20,000 bases of DNA from an uncultured virus (IMG/VR IMGVR_UViG_3300032160_000002) (Duplodnaviria; Heunggongvirae; Uroviricota; Caudoviricetes), in the IMG/VR virus record IMGVR_UViG_3300032160_000002; one strand, 5' to 3'. The notes beneath the pieces are model-generated. The model saw only the letters and a list, made by a program, of their open reading frames with translations, made no database searches and was not told the DNA's origin. A program made the position numbers and the translations under genes. This document shows positions 8,401 through 17,021 of the stretch, piece by piece. Each line of letters begins with the position of its first letter. Position 1 is the first letter of the stretch.

Positions 8401-9274
8401 GTTGACTTCCGGCGATTTCCAATCGGCCAGTACGACCTCGGTCGAAGCGCTGCAATTTACCATCTCCTCGACTACCTCAGTCACCGCAACCCTTCCATCC
8501 TCGGCTCCGGCTCAGATCAGCAGCCAGAATCCCTGCGTGTGGATTGAGAACTCGATTGCCTCGGCTCCTTGGGTATTGCTGATCAATTCAAACAGCCTCA
8601 CGCTCGACGGCACCGCGTACCCGGTGGCTTCAACCACCGACGTGGGAGTGAGTCCGGGAGAATCCGTGGAAATCTGCTCCAACGGATCCAACTATCTGGT
8701 TGCGGCTGGATCTGTGGCCATCATCCCCATTCAAGTGGGGCGGGGCGGAATCTGGAGTAATGGCGCTCACTTCACCCTTGGGGCTTATGGGGAAAATGGC
8801 ACAGGGGCTTTAGCCATCAATACGATGTACGGTTCGCAGTTGACGCTTTCGCAGCCGATGGCGCTCGGCGATTTCATCGTAAGCGCCACCACCGCAGGAA
8901 CCGGCAGCGTGGTATTTTACGCCTGCGTCTACAACTCTGCGGGAACGACGCTACTCTGGTCTGCCAGTGCTTCCATCGGCACCGGCACCGGACCTTTCAC
9001 CGGCAGCGCCACGCAGACGGTTCTCGCCCGAGGGAATTATCTGGTTACCTACGGCAACACAGGGACGACGGGAGCGGAATATTGGTGGTATGAACCGCCT
9101 CTCTCGGGCATGAGTAGCCTGTTGAACAAACTGAATGCGGTGAGCGGCAGCAATCCGCCGGTCTATTTCACGGCGGCCAACGGGGTGAGCAGCGGCTGCC
9201 CGAGTTCCACAGGAGCACTGTCGGCGGAAAGCGTCGGCACCATCCTGGAGACGATGGTTGGGTTAGGGCCGTAG
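5438..9274 (+). CDS. large Gly/Ser/Thr/Cys-rich tail-fibre/adhesin-like protein with signal peptide (1278 aa)
   Basis: N-terminus MSFRRRNLPVLLFFLCGSLAWGAD; GGAG upstream. Fibre-like motifs LSNGLxxDSxGNL (x2), LPVSAANGGTGQTT and AKTSNYTLTSGD, plus a probable beta-helix segment. The function call is by motif resemblance only. Confidence 0.75.
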   Translation: MSFRRRNLPVLLFFLCGSLAWGADPSVRHGLPKGLASPFPAPATGVQLSNGLVIDSGGNLMINAGLGGGGVSLSNGLSLDSSGNLLVHCVVGCSSGGSGTVQAAPQFTVGCYPNTPSASVIGGCTNILSDGNGNLILSPSSGTSSFTAPDYGASPVLGAINDLSASTSTTDNSFIRRISAGTTSYQNPLLVDVFGYPQLQVASLQGASHVGTILVGGSIPVNTFTPGSFYTGPLTTSQTSTMWIYSKSRTSALTLIADETSASFGSIFRMRTSQAAATTFKGFELCTGMTTSPTGDGSCSSGNIQAYLDGAGNYFGASYTGLSSAFLLSSTCPGSNPSPLSGLSGLAVFSDCNFYSSNNGGTFYQVVNLAPVSANTIFGNLTGSSAAPSFVATQGTDSKVMTAGTVSGTSQSLCTDANGGATTVSCPPGVALPVSAANGGTGQTTTVWGDPRNSTSPAMAAGADWCAGVNSLWSSSVHNIDGSNVGTWTSGGQLFCNSNPFTNAPSGAILRLPCATIVISVSWATGGAPHDTIPCIGNNGNGASYAGTVIQLCSDSTGSTGCGPNAYPSFELTATNEYPVGEPNAPALVCYSSGATWGSHFCKTGSTVSTGTATFAASTSVTGSSVTWTSAMVGGFVTDCDSTLSPACSAIGHIIAVPNSTTLTLDANWTGSANSAHAYTIFEPNVFVAYCDGCKAGSLNSTVFAHHLGPVHIDLGGIANATAYLDPAICQERCLVDGIAVTHNGGNQTHEETNQAYACGVWDRSFRTGGGSAHWGMSSPSQCSVGTNGGGTTSNGWMIEMYSILTQLTGGGPEIFYAGTVTGASGHLIQIPLAIDGMQGANTFHCPHMEFINGDGVSIGVTNAVSGIKLEGCTIANTFNGDVVHFLTPTNGTSISNTVENLTSGSGAKSLIVDDSNTGTNVTSATYIAYWQQTGSLAMLASIIDSGLTASTSPICPHGTNGAFTITGCSGAGAASTVIPVAKTSNYTLTSGDFQSASTTSVEALQFTISSTTSVTATLPSSAPAQISSQNPCVWIENSIASAPWVLLINSNSLTLDGTAYPVASTTDVGVSPGESVEICSNGSNYLVAAGSVAIIPIQVGRGGIWSNGAHFTLGAYGENGTGALAINTMYGSQLTLSQPMALGDFIVSATTAGTGSVVFYACVYNSAGTTLLWSASASIGTGTGPFTGSATQTVLARGNYLVTYGNTGTTGAEYWWYEPPLSGMSSLLNKLNAVSGSNPPVYFTAANGVSSGCPSSTGALSAESVGTILETMVGLGP

Positions 9275-9319
9275 GATTTCTGAGATTCGCTCCCTATCTT
9301 ACATGGGGGAGGGAAAAAG

Positions 9320-9586
9320 TCATTTCGATTTCGGGCCGATGTGCTCGAACGTTAAGGAATCCTGTTTGTCGCCTATGACATCTGCCAGACTCACAGTTTC
9401 CGCCCATGCTTGCGGACCCACTTTTCTTCGGCGCGGTACGGCTCTAGCTTTATCCAGCGAAGCGTCGGCCAACGCATCAACCACTGCACGGCCCTGTTTG
9501 TGACAGCGACATCGGCAACTCTTTGGATCGCAGGGATTCCCATCTCTACGTCCGATCGAACACGGTTCGCAACGCTCTACATCCAC
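9320..9586 (-). CDS. small Cys-rich hypothetical protein (88 aa)
   Basis: GTG 9586 is preceded by AGAGGGG with a 7-nt spacer, and the ORF fills the 343-bp gap between two large + genes. CEPC..C..CRCRCH cluster at the N-terminus. It is the non-overlapping part of ORF 9320..9694. Confidence 0.55.
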   Translation of the reverse strand: MDVERCEPCSIGRRDGNPCDPKSCRCRCHKQGRAVVDALADASLDKARAVPRRRKVGPQAWAETVSLADVIGDKQDSLTFEHIGPKSK

Positions 9587-9617
9587 TGAAAATCCCCTCT
9601 TTCGTTCCCATCCTACA

Positions 9618-12600
9618 ATGAAGCGCCTCCTTTTCCTCTGCTGTTTTGCCTGCCTAACTATTCCTGCGTTCGCGGCGGGAGGAACCTGTCCCACGGGAGC
9701 GAACTACATCGACCTGACTAACCCCTCGAATGGTGGTGGCCTTGGCTCAATTACGCTTTCCACTCTGGGCGAAACGTCTTGCTATTACATCTCCGCGAGC
9801 GGCCTCGATACGAATACCGGCACGGATGAATCTCACCCATGGCTTCATGCGCCCGGCATGGCGAATTGTAGTTCCACTTGTGCCGGAGTCACACCGACTG
9901 CCGGATTAGGCTTCATCTTCCGCGGTGGCGACACTTGGCATCAGCACTCGGGCAGTCCTCTTACCGGCGCGTGGGCGTGGAATTACAGCACAGGCACCAG
10001 CAGCAATCCCATCTATTTCGGCGTTGATTTCACCTGGTTCAGCGGGGGCTCATTCGTGCGCCCCATCTTCAATCAGGACAACCCCCTCAGCACGACCACG
10101 GTTTCCAGTTGCTCGTTCGCGGAAGACGGCAACACATTCCTCACCCTCTCCGGCAGCTGGATCATCGCCGATACGCTGGAATTTACCGGAAATTGTATGT
10201 CCGGCTCTGGCGACAACAGCACCATCGATCCCACGGGCGGCGCCGACATCGTCACCGAACGGCTTTACATTCATGGCTGGACGATGACCTCCGGCGTGGG
10301 CGATGACGGCGGCGTCAAAATCGGCACCAACGCGAACTCCACCGGCAACGTCTCGAACCGGCATCTGTTCGATGTGATCGACGGTTCCGACTCCACTTAC
10401 GGAACGAACTGCAATTCCTCCAGTTGCATCGGGGTCGGCAATTCTCCGCCCACGCACGGCGCAACCGGCTGGGGTTTCGGCGATGCCTACGACGTGGAAT
10501 ATTCCTTCATCCAGCACCTCTCGAATGGTATTCAGGCAGGTGAAGTCTGCAATCTGATTGGCGACACCATGCAGTTTATTTTCGAGCCCTCGTTCGGTGG
10601 ACGGCACGGGAACGTGGTCGAGCACAACTTTGGCGCGGGCTGCACCACGGGACTGATCTACAACAATCTGGTTCTGAACACGAACACCGGGGTGCGCTGG
10701 TGGCTGGAACTGGGCACCGGCTACATCTTCAATAACGTCTCCATCCATAGCGGGCACACCTTCACCGAAGGTACTTGCGGGGCGTGCGATCCCGACGGGC
10801 TGAATCTCTCGGGAACCGGCAGAACCGGATTCCCCGTCGTTCATTACTACCTTTACAACAATACCTTTCAAACGATCTTGTCGCAGGCACAGGCGGAGAG
10901 CAGTACCACGCCCGGCTGGGGATCTGGTTCGACGATCACCTTCGAAAACAATCACATCATGGATTACACCAGTTCGGGAGCCTTCTTTAACTGCCTTGGC
11001 AGCAATAGTTGCTCCGAAACCGACAACGGTGGATCGAAATTTATGACCACCTCGGTCGCGAACACGGACGGCTACGTGCTCGCGAATAACTACGCTCCGA
11101 CGTCTGGCTCCAGTCCAACGGTGGGCACGGGAAATAATGTCACCTCATCGTTTTGCTCAACACTGCCTAATGCCAACGCGATTGCGGCGTGCGAAGGAGC
11201 GACTTCGACGGGAGTGAGCGAGATTAGCGCCTGGGGTGGAAAATCCGCTTCTTATCCGGACATTACGGTCAATGCGAGACCCTCCTCCGGCGCATGGGAT
11301 ACGGGAGCCTACGAGTTCAATGCCGGGGTAAGTTTCACAGCCTCCCCTACCACGCTTCCCGCGCACCACTCCAGCAATATTGCCGTCACGCTCACCGGCA
11401 GTGGAACTTCGTGGACCGGCAGCACTGCATTTTCGATCTCAGGCGTAAGCGGTGCGACGCTAGTCAGCAAGTCGAACTCCTCTGCCACGAGTGAGACGCT
11501 GCAAATTACAACTGGCAGCGGCACAGGCACATTAACGATTACCGACACTACGGATTCAATTTCGACGACGGTTGCGGTAGCGACGGCCACGCTCGGACTT
11601 TCTCCGACAACCGGCGCCACCGGCACGACTCCGACCTTGACCCTGACGGGAACCAATACACTGTGGCTCTCCGAAACTCTGAGTGGCTTGTTTACCGAGA
11701 GCGGCGGATCAGGAGCGAGCCTTTCGGGTTGCTCTGTGACCACAAATACTGCGGCCACTTGCACGCTGACAGTTGGCTCCGCTACGGGCACGCTGACCAT
11801 CACAGACAACAGCACGACCGCGACGGCTAGCTTTACCGCCACTGCGTCCCTCGCTTGCGGTGGCACGGCGAGCGTCGTCCAGCATCTCTACACGACGTCC
11901 TGCGTGGGGAACGGATCGAACACGACTTGCACGGTCACGCCGTCTTCGACGAGCGGAGCGAACCATCTAGGCGGGATCGTTGCGTGGTTTTCCGGTTCGA
12001 GCAGTTCTACATCGAATGGGATTACCTCCGTCAGCGGCAACGTGAATGGGACGACCGGCTGGACAGCGTGCCCCAGTCACTCTTGTTTCGCCTCGGTGGG
12101 AACGATCGCCTCCGGCTGCGCATCCGGCTTCTGCTCACAGGATGTTTATTACAACCCCAACATGACCGGCGGTGACACTTCATTCACGGTGACGCTCGGA
12201 AATCCTCCACCAACTTTCTTCCAAGTCTGGTACGGGGAATGGTCGCTACCGGGGACTGGTGGCGCATTTTACGATACGAGCGGAAGCGGCACGGATGCGA
12301 CGGCCTGCACCAATTGTGCCGGGCAAGCTCTTACGTTGAGTGATAAACAGGACATCATCATCCAGACTTCGAACTCATCGCAGGAATGCACCGCGATCTC
12401 TCCTTCGACCTACTCCAACCCGGTGGATGTGGTTCCGACGACCGAGTATGGTGGGGTAGCAGCGGCGCAAATCGACGTGACTTCGGCGCCGACGACGCCA
12501 ACTTACACCTGCGTTTCTGGCACTGTTCCGGTATCCGGGCTGGCGCTGGCGGAGTGTACCGCTGCGCTCGGTACAACAGTTGTCAATCCTGCCTTCTCGC

Positions 12601-15600
12601 TCACGACAGGAAATTACGTCGGGCCACAATTTGAAATTCTGAGCGATCCAACCCCTGGAGCTACGATCTGCTACACCACGGACGGCTCGACCCCCGCAGC
12701 CTCGACGCCGGGAACCTGCAGCCACGGAACCACCTATACGGTTCCGTTTCTGCTGCCGCAGCCCACGCAGACTGTGCAAGCCCTAGGAACACTAAGTGGA
12801 GACACGAACTCTTCGGTCGTCTCAAGCGGGGCCATCAACATCACCAACGTGGCGCAACTGCCCGCCGTCCAGGTCGATAACAACGAAGCCGTTGACGGCA
12901 CGACCACGCTGACGACTTACGAGTTGAATCTCGGGACGCAGACCTGGACTGTCGGCCCGCCGCCGTCCTGCAGCTTCTCTGTGCCTTATTGGACGGTCGG
13001 AACCCCAACCTTGAGCGGCTTGCAATCGGCAATCAACGATGTGGAAATCTGCCGGACCCATTTCGGCTTCGCCTCGATCCTCGACATTCCTCCCGCACTT
13101 TATACCGGAGCGGCCGGGATCTACATCCCGCAATCCAGCTCCTCGCTCGCCACGCAGTTCAACATCCTGCGATCGACGCAAGATTCCAATCTGCCGAATG
13201 GAACCACCGTTTGCTCCCACGGCATTCAGGACAATCTGGCCACCTCGACCGATCCGGGAATCGACAATCCCGACTGTGCTGGGGATGTGATGACCTACCA
13301 GCTTGGAACTACCGTCACCTCGATTTCGGCGGGAGCTTTCACGCTAGCGAATGGCACCGCGACCAACACATCGAATTACGACGACGTGCAGTATATGTGG
13401 ACCCTCGAAGGATCCGGAACTACGCCGACCGCCATGCGCTTTTGCTCCCCTGTTGGCGGTGGTAGTAGTTCCTCGTTGGTTCCCGCATGCACCAGCTCCA
13501 CGCTGGCGCCGGATCATTGGCTGATCGAAGACGGCGAGTTTCGCATTCAGGCGGGAGACACAACCGGATCGGATATCGTTGACATGGCGGGAAGCGGGAG
13601 CGAAACGGCTACCAGCCAATATCCCACCCACATCCACTTCCGCAAGGACTGGGCGCATGGCGATTGGACAAGCCTGGTCGCCGGTGCAAATTCCGTCTCC
13701 GATGGTTTCAATCTGATCTGTCAATACTGTTCCATTGTGGACTCGCAGGTGAGCGAGGCGCTCCGGCCCGGCGCCGAAGGTCACGCCTTTATCTTTCAAG
13801 GAGACACCGCGAAGTTCAATCACAACTGGTTCGAGGGCCAATCCATCGGCATGATCACCGGAGGAAACTGCTCTCCATGGCCGGTGAGCGGCTACATTCC
13901 CTTTCAGGACGTTGAAATCCGGCGCAACCGGTTTACCTTCCCGTGGTCGTGGCTCGGAGTCGGAACCGTTCCGGGCGGCAACACGAACTGGGGCGGTTCT
14001 GGGATCGCCCGCAAAAATGCCGGACCGGAACTGAAATCCGGGCAACGGGATCTGATCACCGGCAACATCAGCGAAAACATTGATACCTCGGGCGGCCAGG
14101 GCGGGGTTACCGACGACTTCAAAACGGCGAACGATTCTTGCGGATTTGGAACCAACTATCAGAACATCCTCACCGACGTGACGGATGTCTCGAACATCCG
14201 GCGCAACGGCCTGGAAACGTTTGAACTCGTTCGCAACCCCGGAACTGTCGGCGGAGTGGATCAGGGGACGCGCCGGGTCAGCATGAGCAATGATTTCTGG
14301 TACAACATTTCGGAAACGAATTTCGGCGGGAGCGAGAATCAGGGCTTCCAGATTCAGGCATCCGGGTGGGCATGGCAGGGAACACTCACAGAGAATGCCA
14401 ATGGGTCGGCCACCTTTGTCGCGAATTGCTCCGTCGATCGAGGCACCTGTATTGGGCAGATCGCCTCCGTCACTATCAGTGGATGCTCTGGAGCTGGAAG
14501 TTGGTCAGCTTCCGCTCCAAATCTTACTGGCGGGACGAAAGCAACTGGAAGCTACAACGCTTCCTGTGTAGCAACCATCAGTAATCCGGGATCTGGATAT
14601 ACGTCCGCTCCGACAATTTCTCCTTCCACTGGTAGTGGAACAGCTACCATTAACGCCTCTTCGACCACGCCTCCTACGGGCTTTACCGTCCTCGACATTC
14701 CTCCGGGCGACATTGCCGGAGTCTACGGCTGCTCTGTCGTTACCTCGTTCAACCAGCCGACGACTTCCTATAGTTCAGGGTTTTTGCCTTCCGGGATCGG
14801 CCCTGTCGTCTTACCGGGCGTAAATCCACTGAGTCTGACCACAACCTATGCGTGGCCGACTTCCACGACGCCCAGCGGATCGTCGGACACGGCGGGATAT
14901 TGCAAGATCACAAACATGCAGAGTTTCCCGCAAGCGTTGACGGTTGTCCACAGCACCCTCGTTTCCAACGCTGCGCAGGCAGTCGCACCCTCTAACGGTT
15001 TCGGGAACTTCGTAACCAACGGGCCGAACTTCCAGCAGAACGGCCTGTGGCGCGATAGCATCATTCTTGGTGGAGGACTGCAGAATAGCAGCGGGATTGG
15101 CTCCGGGACGCCGGTCGAGAAATTCAATTGGGATATTACCACTCTCTCAATGGATCACTTGGTCTGGCCGACGATCACAGCCTCAACCATGACCGAGTAT
15201 GGGAACAATCCCGCCTATCCCGACTCGGCCGGCTGTACTGGAGCGGGTTGCCATCCCCCGACCACGATGTACTACCCGGCCACGCCGTATTGCACGGGCT
15301 CAAGTCCCACGTCTGCCTGTGTGGGATTCATCGGAGCTATGAGCGCGAGTTCGATGCCTTTGGTGCTGCCCGACTATCACAACTTTGCACTCATCGCAGG
15401 AAGCTCGTTCAAGGCCGGCGGATCGGAGCAAGCGTCGGACGGGACGGATATGGGCGTGAATATGTCCGCCATCGATGCGGCGCAGACCACGAATCAATAT
15501 GCCGCGGCGGGATTTTTCCCGGACACGCTCGGCACCTTTAGCTGCACACCCGCAACCATCCCCGCGAACCATTCCGGCACTATCGCCTTAACTTGCACGG

Positions 15601-16142
15601 GCGTATTCACCACATGGACGAGCGGCACGGTATTCTCCGCGTCCGGCTGCGCCTTCGTCAGTTCGTCCAATACTTCCGCGACACAAGAAACGGTCAACAT
15701 CTCGACCACTTCCGCCGGAACCTGCACCATTACCGACACCACAGATTCCGTCACGGCACCGATCACAGTCGGCACGGCAGGGTTGACCATTTCGCCTACG
15801 ACGGGCGCGACCAGCACCACTCCGACCGAAACCTTGACCTGCACCGGATCGCCCGCCCCTTGCCTGTGGCTCTCCGAGACTCTGAGCGGATTGTTTACGG
15901 TGAGCGGCGGATCGGGAGCCAGCCTTTCGGGTTGCTCCGTGACGACGAATACTGCGGCGACCTGCACCCTCGGGACCGGCACACTCCCCGGAACATTGAC
16001 GCTTGAGGATCAGAGCACGACCGCGACCGCGAACTTTACAGTAACTGGAACTCCGACGAGCCAGCAATTTCGCGTAGGTTGCCCCGTGGGAACCACCTGC
16101 CCGACGGGACACTTCAAGATCACCGGGGGAGTGATCCAGTGA
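9618..16142 (+). CDS. giant secreted-type multidomain protein (2174 aa): two putative parallel beta-helix regions, Ig-like repeats, chitobiase/Fn3-like domain
   Basis: Signal peptide MKRLLFLCCFACLTIPAFAA. YYISASGLDTNTGTDESHPW and FIFRGGDTW resemble the start of pectin-lyase-fold domains, closed by RPSSGAWDTGAYEF. PAFSLTTGNY..SDPTPGATICYTTDGSTP is CHB_HEX_C/Fn3-associated-like. The second region ends NFALIAGSSFKAGG..SDGTDMGVN. An Ig-like block is duplicated. Confidence 0.85.
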   Translation: MKRLLFLCCFACLTIPAFAAGGTCPTGANYIDLTNPSNGGGLGSITLSTLGETSCYYISASGLDTNTGTDESHPWLHAPGMANCSSTCAGVTPTAGLGFIFRGGDTWHQHSGSPLTGAWAWNYSTGTSSNPIYFGVDFTWFSGGSFVRPIFNQDNPLSTTTVSSCSFAEDGNTFLTLSGSWIIADTLEFTGNCMSGSGDNSTIDPTGGADIVTERLYIHGWTMTSGVGDDGGVKIGTNANSTGNVSNRHLFDVIDGSDSTYGTNCNSSSCIGVGNSPPTHGATGWGFGDAYDVEYSFIQHLSNGIQAGEVCNLIGDTMQFIFEPSFGGRHGNVVEHNFGAGCTTGLIYNNLVLNTNTGVRWWLELGTGYIFNNVSIHSGHTFTEGTCGACDPDGLNLSGTGRTGFPVVHYYLYNNTFQTILSQAQAESSTTPGWGSGSTITFENNHIMDYTSSGAFFNCLGSNSCSETDNGGSKFMTTSVANTDGYVLANNYAPTSGSSPTVGTGNNVTSSFCSTLPNANAIAACEGATSTGVSEISAWGGKSASYPDITVNARPSSGAWDTGAYEFNAGVSFTASPTTLPAHHSSNIAVTLTGSGTSWTGSTAFSISGVSGATLVSKSNSSATSETLQITTGSGTGTLTITDTTDSISTTVAVATATLGLSPTTGATGTTPTLTLTGTNTLWLSETLSGLFTESGGSGASLSGCSVTTNTAATCTLTVGSATGTLTITDNSTTATASFTATASLACGGTASVVQHLYTTSCVGNGSNTTCTVTPSSTSGANHLGGIVAWFSGSSSSTSNGITSVSGNVNGTTGWTACPSHSCFASVGTIASGCASGFCSQDVYYNPNMTGGDTSFTVTLGNPPPTFFQVWYGEWSLPGTGGAFYDTSGSGTDATACTNCAGQALTLSDKQDIIIQTSNSSQECTAISPSTYSNPVDVVPTTEYGGVAAAQIDVTSAPTTPTYTCVSGTVPVSGLALAECTAALGTTVVNPAFSLTTGNYVGPQFEILSDPTPGATICYTTDGSTPAASTPGTCSHGTTYTVPFLLPQPTQTVQALGTLSGDTNSSVVSSGAINITNVAQLPAVQVDNNEAVDGTTTLTTYELNLGTQTWTVGPPPSCSFSVPYWTVGTPTLSGLQSAINDVEICRTHFGFASILDIPPALYTGAAGIYIPQSSSSLATQFNILRSTQDSNLPNGTTVCSHGIQDNLATSTDPGIDNPDCAGDVMTYQLGTTVTSISAGAFTLANGTATNTSNYDDVQYMWTLEGSGTTPTAMRFCSPVGGGSSSSLVPACTSSTLAPDHWLIEDGEFRIQAGDTTGSDIVDMAGSGSETATSQYPTHIHFRKDWAHGDWTSLVAGANSVSDGFNLICQYCSIVDSQVSEALRPGAEGHAFIFQGDTAKFNHNWFEGQSIGMITGGNCSPWPVSGYIPFQDVEIRRNRFTFPWSWLGVGTVPGGNTNWGGSGIARKNAGPELKSGQRDLITGNISENIDTSGGQGGVTDDFKTANDSCGFGTNYQNILTDVTDVSNIRRNGLETFELVRNPGTVGGVDQGTRRVSMSNDFWYNISETNFGGSENQGFQIQASGWAWQGTLTENANGSATFVANCSVDRGTCIGQIASVTISGCSGAGSWSASAPNLTGGTKATGSYNASCVATISNPGSGYTSAPTISPSTGSGTATINASSTTPPTGFTVLDIPPGDIAGVYGCSVVTSFNQPTTSYSSGFLPSGIGPVVLPGVNPLSLTTTYAWPTSTTPSGSSDTAGYCKITNMQSFPQALTVVHSTLVSNAAQAVAPSNGFGNFVTNGPNFQQNGLWRDSIILGGGLQNSSGIGSGTPVEKFNWDITTLSMDHLVWPTITASTMTEYGNNPAYPDSAGCTGAGCHPPTTMYYPATPYCTGSSPTSACVGFIGAMSASSMPLVLPDYHNFALIAGSSFKAGGSEQASDGTDMGVNMSAIDAAQTTNQYAAAGFFPDTLGTFSCTPATIPANHSGTIALTCTGVFTTWTSGTVFSASGCAFVSSSNTSATQETVNISTTSAGTCTITDTTDSVTAPITVGTAGLTISPTTGATSTTPTETLTCTGSPAPCLWLSETLSGLFTVSGGSGASLSGCSVTTNTAATCTLGTGTLPGTLTLEDQSTTATANFTVTGTPTSQQFRVGCPVGTTCPTGHFKITGGVIQ
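11334..11845 (+). repeat. internal repeat copy 1 (~170 aa, tandem Ig-like pair)
   Basis: FTASPTTLPAHHS...LWLSETLSGLFTESGGSGASLSGCSVTTNTAATCTL...STTATASFT; homologous to 15537-16045. Boundaries approximate. Confidence 0.85.
15537..16045 (+). repeat. internal repeat copy 2 (~170 aa, tandem Ig-like pair)
   Basis: FSCTPATIPANHS...LWLSETLSGLFTVSGGSGASLSGCSVTTNTAATCTL...STTATANFT; the core from 15864 matches the core from 11661 at 35/36 aa. Confidence 0.85.
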
Positions 16143-16145
16143 GTT

Positions 16146-16595
16146 ATGGTGATTGATCTAAGCACTCTCTCCGCCAAGAAAGCGCTGGCGGCGAAGTATG
16201 CGGCAAAACACGGGCTGGACGCGGTTCTTGTGTGCGCCGTCTGTGAACAGGAAAGCGATTGGAACACCTTTGCCACACGCTTCGAGCCCGCTTTTGAAGC
16301 CCGCTATATCAAGCCTGCAGTTCCCTCAGCTCCCACCACGCTCGAACTCACGAAAGCAATGTCATTCGGTCTCATGCAGATGATGGGCGAGGTTGCGGTC
16401 GAGTTCGGATGGAAGGGGCGCTTTCTGACGGAGCTGTGCGATCCCGACATTGGCGTGGATTTCGGCTGCGCAAAATTACGAAGCTGTCTCGATCGCGCCG
16501 GCGAGGATGAAACGAAAGCACTCTTGTTCTACAACGGCGGCGGCAACACGCTCTATCCCGCACAGGTGCTCGCGCGCAAAGCGAAGTACGAATGA
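16146..16595 (+). CDS. SLT-family lytic transglycosylase (lysozyme-like fold), probable endolysin
   Basis: Catalytic motif I LVCAVCEQES, motif II SFGLMQ, CDPDIGVDFG and motif III ALLFYNGG..Y; followed by small membrane proteins. Confidence 0.88.
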   Translation: MVIDLSTLSAKKALAAKYAAKHGLDAVLVCAVCEQESDWNTFATRFEPAFEARYIKPAVPSAPTTLELTKAMSFGLMQMMGEVAVEFGWKGRFLTELCDPDIGVDFGCAKLRSCLDRAGEDETKALLFYNGGGNTLYPAQVLARKAKYE

Positions 16596-16643
16596 AAATC
16601 TCGGGGTTCTGGCAGTAGGTAGAAAAGGAAAAACACAATCAAC

Positions 16644-16844
16644 ATGAAACTCTCTTGGAACCTTCTCTTTCAGGGCGCGGCCTTGCTTGTGCAGTACGGC
16701 AATCAGGCAACCAGCATCATTCCGCCGAAGTATCAGCCCGCAATCGCACTCGCAGTCGGGCTCGCGCAAGGCCTCGTCGCGTGGCGCGCCCACTACGTGA
16801 ACCCGGATGGAACGCCAGCGTCGACGGCTTACGTGAAGAAATAA
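16644..16844 (+). CDS. small membrane-associated protein, holin-like (66 aa)
   Basis: Two moderately hydrophobic segments and a C-terminal NPDGTP..KK tail, directly after the endolysin; AAGGA upstream. Confidence 0.6.
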   Translation: MKLSWNLLFQGAALLVQYGNQATSIIPPKYQPAIALAVGLAQGLVAWRAHYVNPDGTPASTAYVKK

Positions 16845-16847
16845 GCC

Positions 16848-17021
16848 ATGACCGCCGCACTCTGTCCCTACTGCTCCCACCCGTCTCACGGAACCCAGCA
16901 GTGCAGCTTCCCCACCGGAGTTGCCAGCGTCTGCCGATGCAATGGGAAACCGGGCTTCTGGCGCAGGTTTTTCGACGCGCTGGGAAATGCGATCGGACAA
17001 GCGAAGTTTGGCGGCGACTAA
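16848..17021 (+). CDS. small Cys/His-rich protein (57 aa), not in the ORF track
   Basis: MTAALCPYCSHPSHGTQQCSFPTGVASVCRCNGKPGFWRRFFDALGNAIGQAKFGGD*. Starts 3 nt after the previous stop, and its TAA abuts ATG 17022. Confidence 0.7.
   Translation: MTAALCPYCSHPSHGTQQCSFPTGVASVCRCNGKPGFWRRFFDALGNAIGQAKFGGD

Noticed and set aside
11661..15971. Diversity-generating retroelement TR/VR pair suggested by the near-identical ~108-bp repeats
   Set aside because: Mismatches are synonymous third-position changes involving all bases rather than adenine-specific, both copies are in one CDS, and there is no reverse transcriptase in the window.
4246..16112. Many long alternative-frame and antisense ORFs over the three large genes (e.g. 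7529-8455, 7711-8547, 10050-10955, 13344-14045, 15494-15982)
   Set aside because: They are Arg/Gly/Val-rich shadows expected from GC-rich biased codon usage. Unlike the intein HNH ORF, they show no recognisable motifs.
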